Source: Burkholderiales bacterium
GTDB lineage: Bacteria; Pseudomonadota; Gammaproteobacteria; Burkholderiales; SG8-39
Length of the DNA: 64,000 bases
Assembly: GCA_041617635.1 (NCBI GenBank)
Contig: JBFJOO010000012.1
Span: 1,488 to 65,487, forward strand
Direction of reading: 5' to 3'
Part shown: positions 19,610-29,311 of the stretch, in pieces
Layout of the letters: every line of letters starts with the position of its first letter
Position numbering within the stretch: the stretch's first letter is position 1
Notes under the pieces: generated by a model
Told to the model about the DNA's origin: nothing
Database searches by the model: none
The model's input: the letters and a program-made list of their open reading frames with translations, nothing else
Program-made: the position numbers and the translations under genes

Positions 19610-20482
19610 TCAGGGCTGCGGCGCCTGCGTCACGAACCAGTCGGCGACCTGGCTCCCGGTCATGAAGCACACATCGGGGCGCGCCTGCAGGAAATCGATC
19701 ATGCGCTCCATGTCGCCCCACCGGTGGGGAACGCCCATCAGGTGCGGGTGCAGGCCGATCGGGAGGATGCGCGTCTGGCGCTCGGCCTCGCGCGCGAAGC
19801 ACTCGACGGTGCGCACGAGCCGCTTGTACATCTCGTCGGTCGACTGCTGCTGCACCGCATAGATCAGGCTGTCGTTCACTTCCAGGTTGTACGGCATGGC
19901 GATGATCGGGCCGTGCTTGGTCTTGAACCACACCGGCACATCCTCGATCACCCAGTCGTGGCAGTACTCGATGCCGCACGACTTCAATACGTCGAGCGTG
20001 TCCCACGTCTGGCGCAGTCCCGGCGAGAGCCAGCCGCGCGGCCGCTTGCCCGTGAAGCGCTCGATCTTGTCGAGCGACGCCTCGATGATCTCGCGCTCGT
20101 TCGTCGCAGCGGTCAACGTCTTCTGGTGCATCCCGTGCCCGACGAACTCCCAGCCCGCCTCGAGCATCGCCTGGGCCGCTTGCGGGTAGGCGTCGATAAC
20201 GCCCGCGTTGAAGCTCGTGGCCACCGGCAGGCCCCGCTCGATGAAAAGCTCGAGCATGCGCGGCAGGCCGCACCGCATCCCGTAGTCCGCCCAGCTGAAG
20301 TTCGGCACGTCGGGGATCGTCTCCTTGCCATGCGGCGGCGTGATCAGCGTGCGCGGCATCGGGTCCTCGATGCGCCAGTGCTCGACGTTGACGACCAGAA
20401 TGACGACGATCGGCTTGCCGCCCGGCGGCGCGAGCTTCGGCCGTGAGGTCGAGAACTGGTAATCGACGCGCGGATTCGACAT
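19610..20482 (-). CDS. Polysaccharide deacetylase family (PuuE-like) hydrolase
   Basis: 290 aa. It is a paralogue of 751-1647, sharing NVEHW, SWADYGMRCGLPR and GHGMHQ motifs in the same order. Confidence 0.8.
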   Translation of the reverse strand: MSNPRVDYQFSTSRPKLAPPGGKPIVVILVVNVEHWRIEDPMPRTLITPPHGKETIPDVPNFSWADYGMRCGLPRMLELFIERGLPVATSFNAGVIDAYPQAAQAMLEAGWEFVGHGMHQKTLTAATNEREIIEASLDKIERFTGKRPRGWLSPGLRQTWDTLDVLKSCGIEYCHDWVIEDVPVWFKTKHGPIIAMPYNLEVNDSLIYAVQQQSTDEMYKRLVRTVECFAREAERQTRILPIGLHPHLMGVPHRWGDMERMIDFLQARPDVCFMTGSQVADWFVTQAPQP

Positions 20483-20497
20483 GGCTTCCCCTTTGTA

Positions 20498-21688
20498 TCA
20501 GATGACGTGGCGCTCGCGCAGCTCGGCCAGGGCTTCGGCCGTGTACCCGAGCTCCGCGAGGATCTCGTCGGTGTGCTCGCCGAGCTCCGGCGTCGCGTGC
20601 GCGATCGAGGCGGGGGTGCGCGAAAGCTTGACCACCTGGTTGACGATGCGGATCTCGCCCAGCTTCGGATGTTTCACCGCCGCCGCGGCGCCGAGATGCT
20701 GCACCTGCGGATCGGCGAACACCTCGTCCATGGTGTAGATCGGGCCCGAAGGGACGCCCGCGTCGTTCAGCAGCGCGCTCCATTCGGCCGTCGTTCGCGT
20801 CGCCAGGATCTGCCCGATCTCGGCGTTCAGCTGCGCGCGGTTCGCCGAGCGCGCCTTCTCGTCGGCGAACTCCGGGCGCGCCGTCCAGTCCTCCCGGCCG
20901 ATCGCCTTGCAGAAGCGCTGGAAGATGACTCGCCCGGACGCACCGATGTTGAGATAGCCGTCCTGCGTCCGGTATGCGGAGGTCGGCATCGAGTGCGGAT
21001 GATCGTTGCCGACCTGTTGCGGGACGTCACCGGTCACGAGATACCGCGCAGCCTGGAAGTCCATGAGGCCGATCTGCGCCTGCAGCAGGTTCGACTGCAC
21101 CCACTGCCCCTCGCCGGACGTCTCACGTTCGAGCAGCGCGGTGAGCACCCCGCACGCGGCGTAGAGGCCGGCCGCCAGGTCGGCGACCGCGGTGCCGGCG
21201 CGCATCGGGCCGCGGCCCGGCTCGCCGGTCACCATCATCAGCCCGCCCATACCTTGCGCGATCTGGTCGAAGCCCGGGCGGTCGCCGTACGGCCCGTCCT
21301 GTCCGAATCCCGAGATCGACGCGAGCACGATGCGCCGGTTGACGCGCTTCAGCGCCGCGTAATCGATCCCGAGCCGCACCTTGACGTCCGGCCGGAAGTT
21401 CTCGACCACCACGTCGGCGCGCGCGACGAGCTTCATGAAAATCTCGTGGCCCTCCGGCGCCTTGATGTTGAGCGTCATCGCGCGCTTGTTGCGATGCAGG
21501 TTCTGCATGTCGAACCCGTGCCGCGGCCCGCTCATCGTGTCGACCTCGACCGACGGCGGCAGCTCGATCTTGATCACGTCGGCACCGAAATCGGCGAGCT
21601 GCTTGACGCAAGTCGGTCCCGCGCGCACCCGGGTGAGGTCGAGCACGCGGAAGCGCGCAAGCGCTTTGGAAGCGGGTACGTGCGGCAT
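20498..21688 (-). CDS. CaiB/BaiF family (class III) CoA-transferase
   Basis: 396 aa. The N-terminal FRVLDLTRVRAGPTCVKQLADFGADVIKIE matches the family, and the catalytic-Asp region fits a class III CoA-transferase. Confidence 0.85.
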   Translation of the reverse strand: MPHVPASKALARFRVLDLTRVRAGPTCVKQLADFGADVIKIELPPSVEVDTMSGPRHGFDMQNLHRNKRAMTLNIKAPEGHEIFMKLVARADVVVENFRPDVKVRLGIDYAALKRVNRRIVLASISGFGQDGPYGDRPGFDQIAQGMGGLMMVTGEPGRGPMRAGTAVADLAAGLYAACGVLTALLERETSGEGQWVQSNLLQAQIGLMDFQAARYLVTGDVPQQVGNDHPHSMPTSAYRTQDGYLNIGASGRVIFQRFCKAIGREDWTARPEFADEKARSANRAQLNAEIGQILATRTTAEWSALLNDAGVPSGPIYTMDEVFADPQVQHLGAAAAVKHPKLGEIRIVNQVVKLSRTPASIAHATPELGEHTDEILAELGYTAEALAELRERHVI

Positions 21689-21718
21689 GGGCGGATTGGG
21701 GACGGTGAGGGCTAGAGA

Positions 21719-23026
21719 TTAACCCACGGTCGCGGCGACGCCGAGCAGCAAGGTGTCCCGCCCCGGCCCCGCGACCAGCTGTGCGCCGGCGGGGAGCCCC
21801 TCGATCGCCGGGCCGGCCGGGATGCTGATAGCCGGTAGCCCGGCGATGCTCGCCGGCGCAGTGAGGTCCGCCTGGCTCTGTTGCCCTGCGGTGCCGAACG
21901 GAAAGGCTACCTGGGGGGTCGTAGGGAGCAGCAGTACGTCGCATTGCGCGAGCCACGCGAGGACGGCGCTCCGCGCGCGCTCGATCTGCTCCCTGGCCCG
22001 GCCGACCCGTTCCGCGCTTGCCCGCCGCCCGAACTCGAGCGCGTCGCGGAGGGCAGCGGTTATATCTGAGGCGCGATCATCGAGCAGCGCGCCGTGCACC
22101 TGTGCACCCTCGATCTCGGTGACGAGGAACGCAGCGCGGCGCGCCCCTGGCCAATCAAACGTGCCGGCATCGAGCTCGACAATGCGTTGCCCTGCGCGGA
22201 CCAGCGCATGGGTCGTGCCTTCGACCGCCGCGAGAATCGCGTCGGGCACATGAGGCGCCAGACCGCGCAGCACGCCGATCGACGCGCGCGGCGCGGGCTC
22301 CGCTCGGATCGAATCGGACAGCGCCATCGCAACGCAGGCGGCGTCGGCGACGGACCGGGCGAGCACGCCGACCCGATCAAACGACGGCGCGAGCGGCAGC
22401 ACCCCGGTCGCGTCGATGCGCCCCGCGCTCGGCAAGAATCCGACGATCCCGCAGTACGAAGCGGGGATGCGCACCGAGCCCAGCGTATCGGTCCCGAGCG
22501 CCGCGGCACAGAGTCCGGCGGCCACCGCCGCCGCAGAACCGCTGCTCGACCCACCGGCCGTGCGACCATGCGCCCGGGGATTGTGGCAGCGACCGAAAAC
22601 GGCGTTGTCGCCAAGCGCGCTGAGCGCCGCCTCGTCCATCAGGGTCTTGCCGAGAAAGACCGCGCCCTGCTCGCGCAGGCGGACGATGCAGGCCGCGTCG
22701 CGCTGCGCGATGCGCGCCTTGAGGGCACCGATGCCGGCAGCCGTAGGCAAGCCGGCGACGTCGATATTGTCCTTTACGCCGAGCGCAACCCCGTCGAGCG
22801 GCCCACGGACTGCCGCGTCGCGGCAGCGCGCATCCGACTCGCGCGCGGCCACACGCGCGCCACCCGCGTCGACGCGGACGAAAGCGTTCAACCTCGGATT
22901 CAGAGCCTCGATCTCGCGCAGGGACGACTCGACGAAGCCCACCGCCGACGCTTCACCGCGGCTGCGGCGCGCTTGAAAATCCTCGATCTCTCGGTGTGGC
23001 ATCGCAGCGGCATCATACCCGGCCAT
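21719..23026 (-). CDS. Amidase (amidase-signature family)
   Basis: Trimmed to MAGYDAAAMPHREIEDF (alternative start at 23002). The signature is GGSSSGSAAAVAAGL with the upstream K...S catalytic context. Confidence 0.85.
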   Translation of the reverse strand: MAGYDAAAMPHREIEDFQARRSRGEASAVGFVESSLREIEALNPRLNAFVRVDAGGARVAARESDARCRDAAVRGPLDGVALGVKDNIDVAGLPTAAGIGALKARIAQRDAACIVRLREQGAVFLGKTLMDEAALSALGDNAVFGRCHNPRAHGRTAGGSSSGSAAAVAAGLCAAALGTDTLGSVRIPASYCGIVGFLPSAGRIDATGVLPLAPSFDRVGVLARSVADAACVAMALSDSIRAEPAPRASIGVLRGLAPHVPDAILAAVEGTTHALVRAGQRIVELDAGTFDWPGARRAAFLVTEIEGAQVHGALLDDRASDITAALRDALEFGRRASAERVGRAREQIERARSAVLAWLAQCDVLLLPTTPQVAFPFGTAGQQSQADLTAPASIAGLPAISIPAGPAIEGLPAGAQLVAGPGRDTLLLGVAATVG

Positions 23027-23123
23027 CCCGAATGTATGCGTCCGCGTCGTGCCATGATTGATGCTCAATGGGCGGTCCGACGCGGGTGCGCCGCCCATCC
23101 CCATGGGTGCAGCGGAGGCAGAC

Positions 23124-24368
23124 ATGATGGAGATGATCGATCGCGGGCTTTCCGAGGAGCAGCGGCTGATGCGCGAGAGTTGCCGTGCTTTCGTCGACGA
23201 CTTCGTCAGCCCCTTCATCCGGCGCGAGTGGCAGCGCGAGTGGGTCATGGACCCCGACGACCGGCTGCCGCGCAGCATTCTCGAGGCCGCCGATCGGATC
23301 GGCATCCGGACCCTCGGGGTGCCCGAGGAGTACGGCGGCATGCAGCTCGATTCCGCCAGCGAGGTGCAAACTTTCTCGCTCATCTCCGAGGAAATCGCGC
23401 GCGGCGATTCCGGCCTTGCCGACAAACTCGTACAGAACTGGAAGGTGTCGGTGCTGCTGCGCAACCTGGCGCCCCCTCACCTCCAGAGGCGCTGGTTCAC
23501 CCGAATTGTCGAGGACCCGGGATTCCTGCTCGCACACTGCCTCACCGAGCCGCGCGGCGCGTCGGATCGCTGGCTCCCCTACAACGTGCCCGAGGCGGCG
23601 ATGCACACCAAGGCGGTCCTCAAGGACGGCGAGTGGGTGATCAACGGGCGCAAGCAGTTCATCAGCAACGGATACGACGCAGGCCTTTTCGTCGTCTACG
23701 CCAACACGAAACCGGGGGTCGGCATGCTGCAGGGCACGTCGAGCTTCATCGTTCCGCGCGATGCGCCCGGCCTCACCGTCGCCCGCTGCAACGAGACCAT
23801 GGGGTGTCGCTTCATGAACAACGGCGAGCTCGTGTTCGAGGACTGCCGGGTTCCCGCGGACCACCTGCTGGTCGAGAACGATGCGCTCGGCAAGGCGGGG
23901 ATCTACTTTCGTCCAGGCAAGATCATCCAGGCGTCCAAGAATCTGGGGGTCGGGATGGCCGCGTTCGAGCGCACCGCCGACTACGTGCAGCACTACGTCC
24001 AGGGTGGGCGGATCCTGATCAAGCACCAGGCGGTTGCGCTGCGGCTTGCCGAGATGGCGACGAAGCTTGCTGCCGTGCGCGCACTGCTCCGGGAGGCCGC
24101 GCGCGCCGTCGACGATGGCGCCTCCGACGCCGACCCGCTTTGCAACATGGTCAAGCTCTTCGCTTCCGAAGAAGTCTTCAAGGTCTGCACGCATGCCATG
24201 GAGCTCCACGGCGGTAACGGCGTGATGCTCGACTTCGGCGTGGAGAAGCTCGTCCGCGATGCGGCGATCTTCCTGCACATGGACGCGACGACCGACATCT
24301 CGCGCCTCAAGATCGTGAAGGCGCTGTTCCCGCACTCGGCCGGCGCGTACGCCGGAACGGAGGGCTGA
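23124..24368 (+). CDS. Acyl-CoA dehydrogenase family protein
   Basis: Trimmed to MMEMIDRGLSEEQ, which has a GGAGG Shine-Dalgarno upstream. LTEPRGASD, FISNG and the C-terminal HGGNG..E..LRDA helices are typical of ACADs. Confidence 0.85.
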   Translation: MMEMIDRGLSEEQRLMRESCRAFVDDFVSPFIRREWQREWVMDPDDRLPRSILEAADRIGIRTLGVPEEYGGMQLDSASEVQTFSLISEEIARGDSGLADKLVQNWKVSVLLRNLAPPHLQRRWFTRIVEDPGFLLAHCLTEPRGASDRWLPYNVPEAAMHTKAVLKDGEWVINGRKQFISNGYDAGLFVVYANTKPGVGMLQGTSSFIVPRDAPGLTVARCNETMGCRFMNNGELVFEDCRVPADHLLVENDALGKAGIYFRPGKIIQASKNLGVGMAAFERTADYVQHYVQGGRILIKHQAVALRLAEMATKLAAVRALLREAARAVDDGASDADPLCNMVKLFASEEVFKVCTHAMELHGGNGVMLDFGVEKLVRDAAIFLHMDATTDISRLKIVKALFPHSAGAYAGTEG

Positions 24369-24435
24369 GCCGGGCACGCCTTTCTAGACCGAAAGACGCA
24401 TTGCAGCGGGCGAATCGAACCGCTACGCTGCGATC

Positions 24436-27219
24436 ATGGGAGCGGTGCGCGCAGAGACGGGTTCCGATGGGGACGCCCCCTGCGATTTCTCCAAGGCGCT
24501 CGCCGAAGAGCTGCGGGCGTTGGACGTGGCCGCCCAAGCGGACGGCACGGACGCGCTCGAGCGCGCGGAGGAAGCGCACCTGACCGGCCTCGCGTTCTCC
24601 GGCGGTGGCATCCGCAGCGCGACATTCAATCTCGGCATCCTTCAGGCGCTCGGCGAGCTGCGCATGTTGCGCACGTTCGACTATCTTTCCACCGTCTCCG
24701 GCGGCGGTTACATCGGAAGCTGGCTGACCGCGCTCGTCCATCGCGAGGGCCAGGGCGACATCCGCGTGGTGGAGGAGCACGTGGCGCCGACAGCGCCGGG
24801 CGGCGCGCCGCGGCCGGACCATCCAGCCGTGCGCTATCTGCGCGACTACAGCAACTACCTGACTCCGCGTCGCGGCCTTCTGTCGGGCGACACCTGGGCG
24901 GCGGTCGCGACCTACCTGCGCAACTTCGACCTGAATCTGCTGTGTCTCGTCTTCGGGCTGGCGTTTCCGCTGCTCGCGCTGCGCGCGTTCGTGCCGCTCG
25001 TTGAGCGGTTCTCGTTGTGGGCAGGTTCCGGGATGCTCGCCATCTCGTGGGTCGCGGTGCTCCTCGCGGCGCTCGGCATTGCCGCAAGCCTGCCGGGCGC
25101 CGCCGGAAAGCGCACCGGCGACCGCGCAGTGGCGCTCGCCATGGCGACCGGGGTTGCAGCGCTCGCGATGCTCGCGTCGATCACGCTGAGCAGCTACGTC
25201 TACTTCTCGTTGCGGCACCAGCACACCGAACTCACATGGGCCTACTGGCTCGGATTGGGCATGCTGCTCTATTTTTCGCCGTGGATCCTCGGCTGGTTCC
25301 TCTACATGCGGCGGCGCGGTCGAAACCCGACCGAAAGTGGCGCAAGCGGCATGCGGCGCTTCCGCCGCCTCGCGCTCAGCGTTGTCGTCACGGCGGTCGC
25401 GGGCATGGTCGCGGGCGTGCTGCTGGCGCTGTTCGCCCAATTCACCGACTGGCTCGCGCTCTCCGAAAACCCGCTTTGGTCCACGGGCCCGGACGATCCC
25501 GTCAACCCGGTCGGCAAGTGGTGGGCGGTCGGATTCGGCGCGGGCGTGATGCTGTTCGGCGTGTTCTGCGGCACGGCGGTGGTCCACATCGGGTTGATGG
25601 GCCGCATGTTCACCGACGCGGACCGCGAGTGGTGGGCGCGGCTGGGCGGATGGGTGACCGTGGCCGCACTCGGCTGGGCGGCGCTCTGCGCCGTCGTCAT
25701 CTTCGCGCCGGTCTTCTTCCTCTGGGCGCGCGGGTGGATCGTTGCCGCCGGCGGCGCGACGTGGATCGGCACCTCGGTGCTCGGGGTATTGCTCGGACGC
25801 GGTCAGCTCGGCGGCGCGGAGGGCGGGCGAGTGCGGGCATGGGTGCTCAAGCTCGCGCCCACCGTTTTCGTCGCGGGCGCGCTGATCCTGCTCTCCTACG
25901 GCCTGCATCTCGGCCTGCTCCTCGCCGACGACCGCGCGCTCCCCGTACTGAGCGCCGACGCCGACTGGCGGCAGGCCGTGCTGCCGACGCTCCTGGCCGT
26001 GAGCGCCGTGCCGCTGCACACCGTGCTCGTCGCGGCAGCCGCTTCGCTCGCGGTCGCCCTCGTGCTCTCGTGGCGGGTCGACGTGAACGTGTTCTCGCTG
26101 TATGCCTTCTATCGCGACCGCCTGATCCGCTGCTATCTCGGCGCCTCGAACGCCGTGATGGGCAAGCGCGCCGCGCATGGCTTCACCGGGTTCGATCCCG
26201 ACGACGATCTCCGGCTCGCCGACATCCGCGCAACGCAGCGACCGCTCCACGTCGTGAACACCGCGATCAATCTCGTGCGCGGCAGCGAGCTCGCATGGCA
26301 GACGCGCAAAGCAGCCTCCTTCACGTTCACGCCGCTCGCGTGCGGCTTCGAGCTGCCGCCGCACAGCCCGGGTCAATCCGGCGGCAAGGGTTGCATCGGC
26401 GGCTACCGGCCGGCGCGCGATTACATGCGCGGCGTTTCGCTCGGCGGCGCGGTCGCGATCTCCGGGGCGGCGGTGAGCCCGAGCATGGGCAGCCACACGA
26501 GCGCGGCCGTGGGTTTCCTCCTCACGCTGTTCAACGTGCGGCTCGGCCGCTGGTGCGGCAACCCGTGCCACCCCTCGACCTGGCGGAGCTTCGGGCCGAG
26601 CTTCGGCGGGCGGTATCTCGTCTCCGAGCTCTTCGGCCTGACGGGCCGCAGCTCGCCGTACGTCTATCTCTCGGACGGCGGGCACTTCGAGAACCTCGGC
26701 ATCTACGAGCTCGCGCGGCGCCGCTTGAGCACGATCGTGGCGATCGACGCCGGCTGCGATCCCTCGTACCGGTTCACCGATCTCGCGAATGCGATCCGCA
26801 AATGCTACGCGGACTTCGGCGTGGTCATCGACATCGACGTGTCGGCGATCCGTCCGGCCGAGGGCGCACGGTACGTCGGCGCGCATCATGCCGTCGGCGA
26901 GGTTCGCTACCCCGCGCGCGAGGGGCGGCCCGAGTTCACGGGCACGCTCCTGTACATCAAGGCATCGCTCGACGGCGGCGAGCCGCCCGATCTCATGAAC
27001 TACGCGTTCGAGCAGAGCGGCTTCCCGCATCAGTCCACGGCCGACCAGTTCTTCGACGAGCCGCAGTTCGAGAGCTATCGCAAGCTCGGCCACCACATCG
27101 GCCGCGCCGTGCTGGGGGACGCCGTCGCGCGCCTGCGTGAGGGTGGCGGAACGCCCGGCCGGGATACACTCGCCGCGCTCGTCGCCAACGTGACGGCCCC
27201 TCGGCCGCGCGAATCCTGA
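24436..27219 (+). CDS. Patatin/cPLA2-like phospholipase with a large polytopic membrane insertion
   Basis: 927 aa. The oxyanion motif is AFSGGGIRS (aa 54-61), the nucleophile motif is TVSGGGY (Ser88) and the catalytic Asp motif is YLSDGGHFENLG (Asp747). About ten hydrophobic segments lie between aa 150 and 550. Confidence 0.8.
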   Translation: MGAVRAETGSDGDAPCDFSKALAEELRALDVAAQADGTDALERAEEAHLTGLAFSGGGIRSATFNLGILQALGELRMLRTFDYLSTVSGGGYIGSWLTALVHREGQGDIRVVEEHVAPTAPGGAPRPDHPAVRYLRDYSNYLTPRRGLLSGDTWAAVATYLRNFDLNLLCLVFGLAFPLLALRAFVPLVERFSLWAGSGMLAISWVAVLLAALGIAASLPGAAGKRTGDRAVALAMATGVAALAMLASITLSSYVYFSLRHQHTELTWAYWLGLGMLLYFSPWILGWFLYMRRRGRNPTESGASGMRRFRRLALSVVVTAVAGMVAGVLLALFAQFTDWLALSENPLWSTGPDDPVNPVGKWWAVGFGAGVMLFGVFCGTAVVHIGLMGRMFTDADREWWARLGGWVTVAALGWAALCAVVIFAPVFFLWARGWIVAAGGATWIGTSVLGVLLGRGQLGGAEGGRVRAWVLKLAPTVFVAGALILLSYGLHLGLLLADDRALPVLSADADWRQAVLPTLLAVSAVPLHTVLVAAAASLAVALVLSWRVDVNVFSLYAFYRDRLIRCYLGASNAVMGKRAAHGFTGFDPDDDLRLADIRATQRPLHVVNTAINLVRGSELAWQTRKAASFTFTPLACGFELPPHSPGQSGGKGCIGGYRPARDYMRGVSLGGAVAISGAAVSPSMGSHTSAAVGFLLTLFNVRLGRWCGNPCHPSTWRSFGPSFGGRYLVSELFGLTGRSSPYVYLSDGGHFENLGIYELARRRLSTIVAIDAGCDPSYRFTDLANAIRKCYADFGVVIDIDVSAIRPAEGARYVGAHHAVGEVRYPAREGRPEFTGTLLYIKASLDGGEPPDLMNYAFEQSGFPHQSTADQFFDEPQFESYRKLGHHIGRAVLGDAVARLREGGGTPGRDTLAALVANVTAPRPRES

Positions 27220-27228
27220 GACCCTCCC

Positions 27229-28485
27229 TCACCGCGGGTGCGACGGCGGCTCGCCCGTCTCCGGCTCGGCGCCGGACGCCATCTCCAGCGCGGCTGTCGT
27301 GGTGCGAATCATGGGCACGAAATGGCCGCGCGCCGCATCCGGCGGCTCGGGCGACTTGCGGGTCCGGTAGTAGGCGAAGCCCGCGACCGGCACGAACACG
27401 ATCGCGAAATACAGGAACAGCGTGCGCGGCCCGAAGATCTCCATCGCCGAGCCGGCGAGTGTCGGCCCGATCGCCGCGCCGACGCCGTACACGAGCAGGA
27501 GTCCGCTCGAGCTCGCGAGCGCGTGCTCGCGCGCGAGGCGGTCGTTGACGAAGGCCACGCTCACCGGGTAGACGGAGAAAGCCAGCCCGCCGTAGAGAAA
27601 CATGCCCGCCATGAGCGCCACAGTTGACCCGTGCGTGGCCGCCAGCGTGGCGAGCGCCATCACCGCCGCGGAGGCGCAGATCGCGGCGAGCACGAAACGA
27701 CGGTCATGGCGATCGGAGATCCGGCCGAGCGGCCATTGCAGCGCCGCCCCGCCGAGCACCGCCGCGCTCATCATGCCCGCAACCGCCGCGGTATCCAGCC
27801 CGATGCGTTGCACGAAGACCGGCGCCATGCCCCACAGCGCGCTCCCCGTGAGGCCCGACGCGAATGCGCCGACCACGCCCGCGGCGGCGACGTCGTAGAG
27901 ATGCCGCAGACGAAGATGCGGGACGGTGACCGGACGGGGCTGCTCGATCCGCGTGAAGGCCACCGGCACGAGCGCGAGCGAGAACAGGATCGACACCACG
28001 CCGAACAGCGTGAACCCGGCCGGATCCGCGGTGGCGATGAAGATCTGCCCGAGCGCGAGCGCGCCGAGGGTGACCGCGACATACGCGGAGAACACCTGCC
28101 CGCGCCGCTCGTTCGGGGTGTTCGAGTTGAGCCAGCTCTCGGTGACCATGAAGAATCCGACCAGGCACACCCCGTTCACCACGCGCAGGGCGGCCCATAC
28201 CCACGGGCCGATCACGAGCGCGTGGAGGATGGCGGTAGCGGACGCGATCGCCGCGAACATCGTGAAGGCGCGGATATGCCCGACGCGCCGCACGATCGCC
28301 GGGCAGACGAAGGTCCCGACGAAGAACCCCACGAAGTACGCCGACATGATGAGCCCGATGACGACGTCCGCAAATCCTTCCAGGCCGGCGCGCACCCCGA
28401 GCAGGGTGCCGAACAGACCGCTCCCCGCGATCAGGATCGCGGCGCCAAGCAGGATGGACGAGACCGAATAGAGGGTGGCGATCAT
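27229..28485 (-). CDS. MFS transporter
   Basis: Trimmed to MIATLYSVSSILLG. About 12 hydrophobic helices are present, and the loop motif GRISDRHDRR matches the MFS signature. Confidence 0.8.
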   Translation of the reverse strand: MIATLYSVSSILLGAAILIAGSGLFGTLLGVRAGLEGFADVVIGLIMSAYFVGFFVGTFVCPAIVRRVGHIRAFTMFAAIASATAILHALVIGPWVWAALRVVNGVCLVGFFMVTESWLNSNTPNERRGQVFSAYVAVTLGALALGQIFIATADPAGFTLFGVVSILFSLALVPVAFTRIEQPRPVTVPHLRLRHLYDVAAAGVVGAFASGLTGSALWGMAPVFVQRIGLDTAAVAGMMSAAVLGGAALQWPLGRISDRHDRRFVLAAICASAAVMALATLAATHGSTVALMAGMFLYGGLAFSVYPVSVAFVNDRLAREHALASSSGLLLVYGVGAAIGPTLAGSAMEIFGPRTLFLYFAIVFVPVAGFAYYRTRKSPEPPDAARGHFVPMIRTTTAALEMASGAEPETGEPPSHPR

Positions 28486-28513
28486 GCTTGGATAAGCCGG
28501 CGGCAGCGTCCGG

Positions 28514-29278
28514 TCAGCTCGCGTCGCCGACGATCTGCGGCAGGACCTGCCCGATCGGATCGCGCAACACGGCGTCGGCCATGTCGTCGTAAGGCGTCGG
28601 CTGCGCATTGACGATGACGACGCGCGCCCCCGCCTCCCGCGCGAGCGGCACGGCATTCGCCACCGGATAGACCTGCAAGCTGGTGCCGATCGCAAGGAGG
28701 AGGTCCGCCTCTCCCGCAACGCGCAGCGCGCGCTCGATCACCTCGGGCTCGAGCGCCTGGCCGAACGATATGGTGGCGCTCTTCAGGATGCCCCCGCAGA
28801 TGTCGCACGCCGGATCCGCTTCGCCGGCGCGCACGCGCTCGAGCACCGACTGCATGGGTCCGCGCCACGCGCAGTCCCAGCACGTCACCTCGTGCAGGGT
28901 TCCGTGTACCTCGATCACGCGCTCTGCCGCGTGGCCGGCGCGCAGGTGCAGGCCGTCGATGTTCTGCGTGACCAGCGCGTGAAGCCTGCCGCGCCGCTCG
29001 AGGGTGACGAGCGCGAGATGTCCGGCATTGGGTTGCGCCGTCCAGGCCGGGCTTGCGAGCCGGGTTTGCCACGCAGTCCTGCGCACCTCCGGATCGGCGA
29101 GATAGTGCTGCAGCGTGGAGAGCTTTTCCGCCGATGGATTCTTTGTCCACACGCCCTGCGGTCCGCGAAAGTCCGGGATGCCGGAATCCGTCGAGATGCC
29201 CGCGCCGGTGAGCGCCACGATGCGCTCGGCCGACGCGATCCAGCTGCGTGCGCGAGCGATGGGGTCCGAATTGCTCAT
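28514..29278 (-). CDS. cobB: NAD-dependent protein deacylase (Sir2/CobB family)
   Basis: 254 aa. It has GAGISTDSGIPDFRG, TQNIDGLH, a Zn ribbon CWDC...CDICGG and the catalytic His in VIEVHG. Confidence 0.85.
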   Translation of the reverse strand: MSNSDPIARARSWIASAERIVALTGAGISTDSGIPDFRGPQGVWTKNPSAEKLSTLQHYLADPEVRRTAWQTRLASPAWTAQPNAGHLALVTLERRGRLHALVTQNIDGLHLRAGHAAERVIEVHGTLHEVTCWDCAWRGPMQSVLERVRAGEADPACDICGGILKSATISFGQALEPEVIERALRVAGEADLLLAIGTSLQVYPVANAVPLAREAGARVVIVNAQPTPYDDMADAVLRDPIGQVLPQIVGDAS

Positions 29279-29311
29279 TCCGGGCGCTTTACCGATACTC
29301 CATGCACCCCC

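Noticed and set aside
5839-29278. A possible Thoeris-like system, since both a TIR protein and a Sir2 protein are present in the window.
   Set aside because: The two genes are about 21 kb apart, on unrelated operons. The Sir2 protein has the full sirtuin/CobB motif set with a Zn ribbon and no SLOG or TM effector features. I treated them as unrelated.
28514-29278. The Sir2-family gene as a defence-type NADase effector.
   Set aside because: It has canonical CobB length and motifs (GAGISTDSGIPDFRG, QNIDGLH, CxxC...CxxC). No partner such as HerA, pAgo or a DSR-type extension is present. A housekeeping deacylase is the simpler reading.
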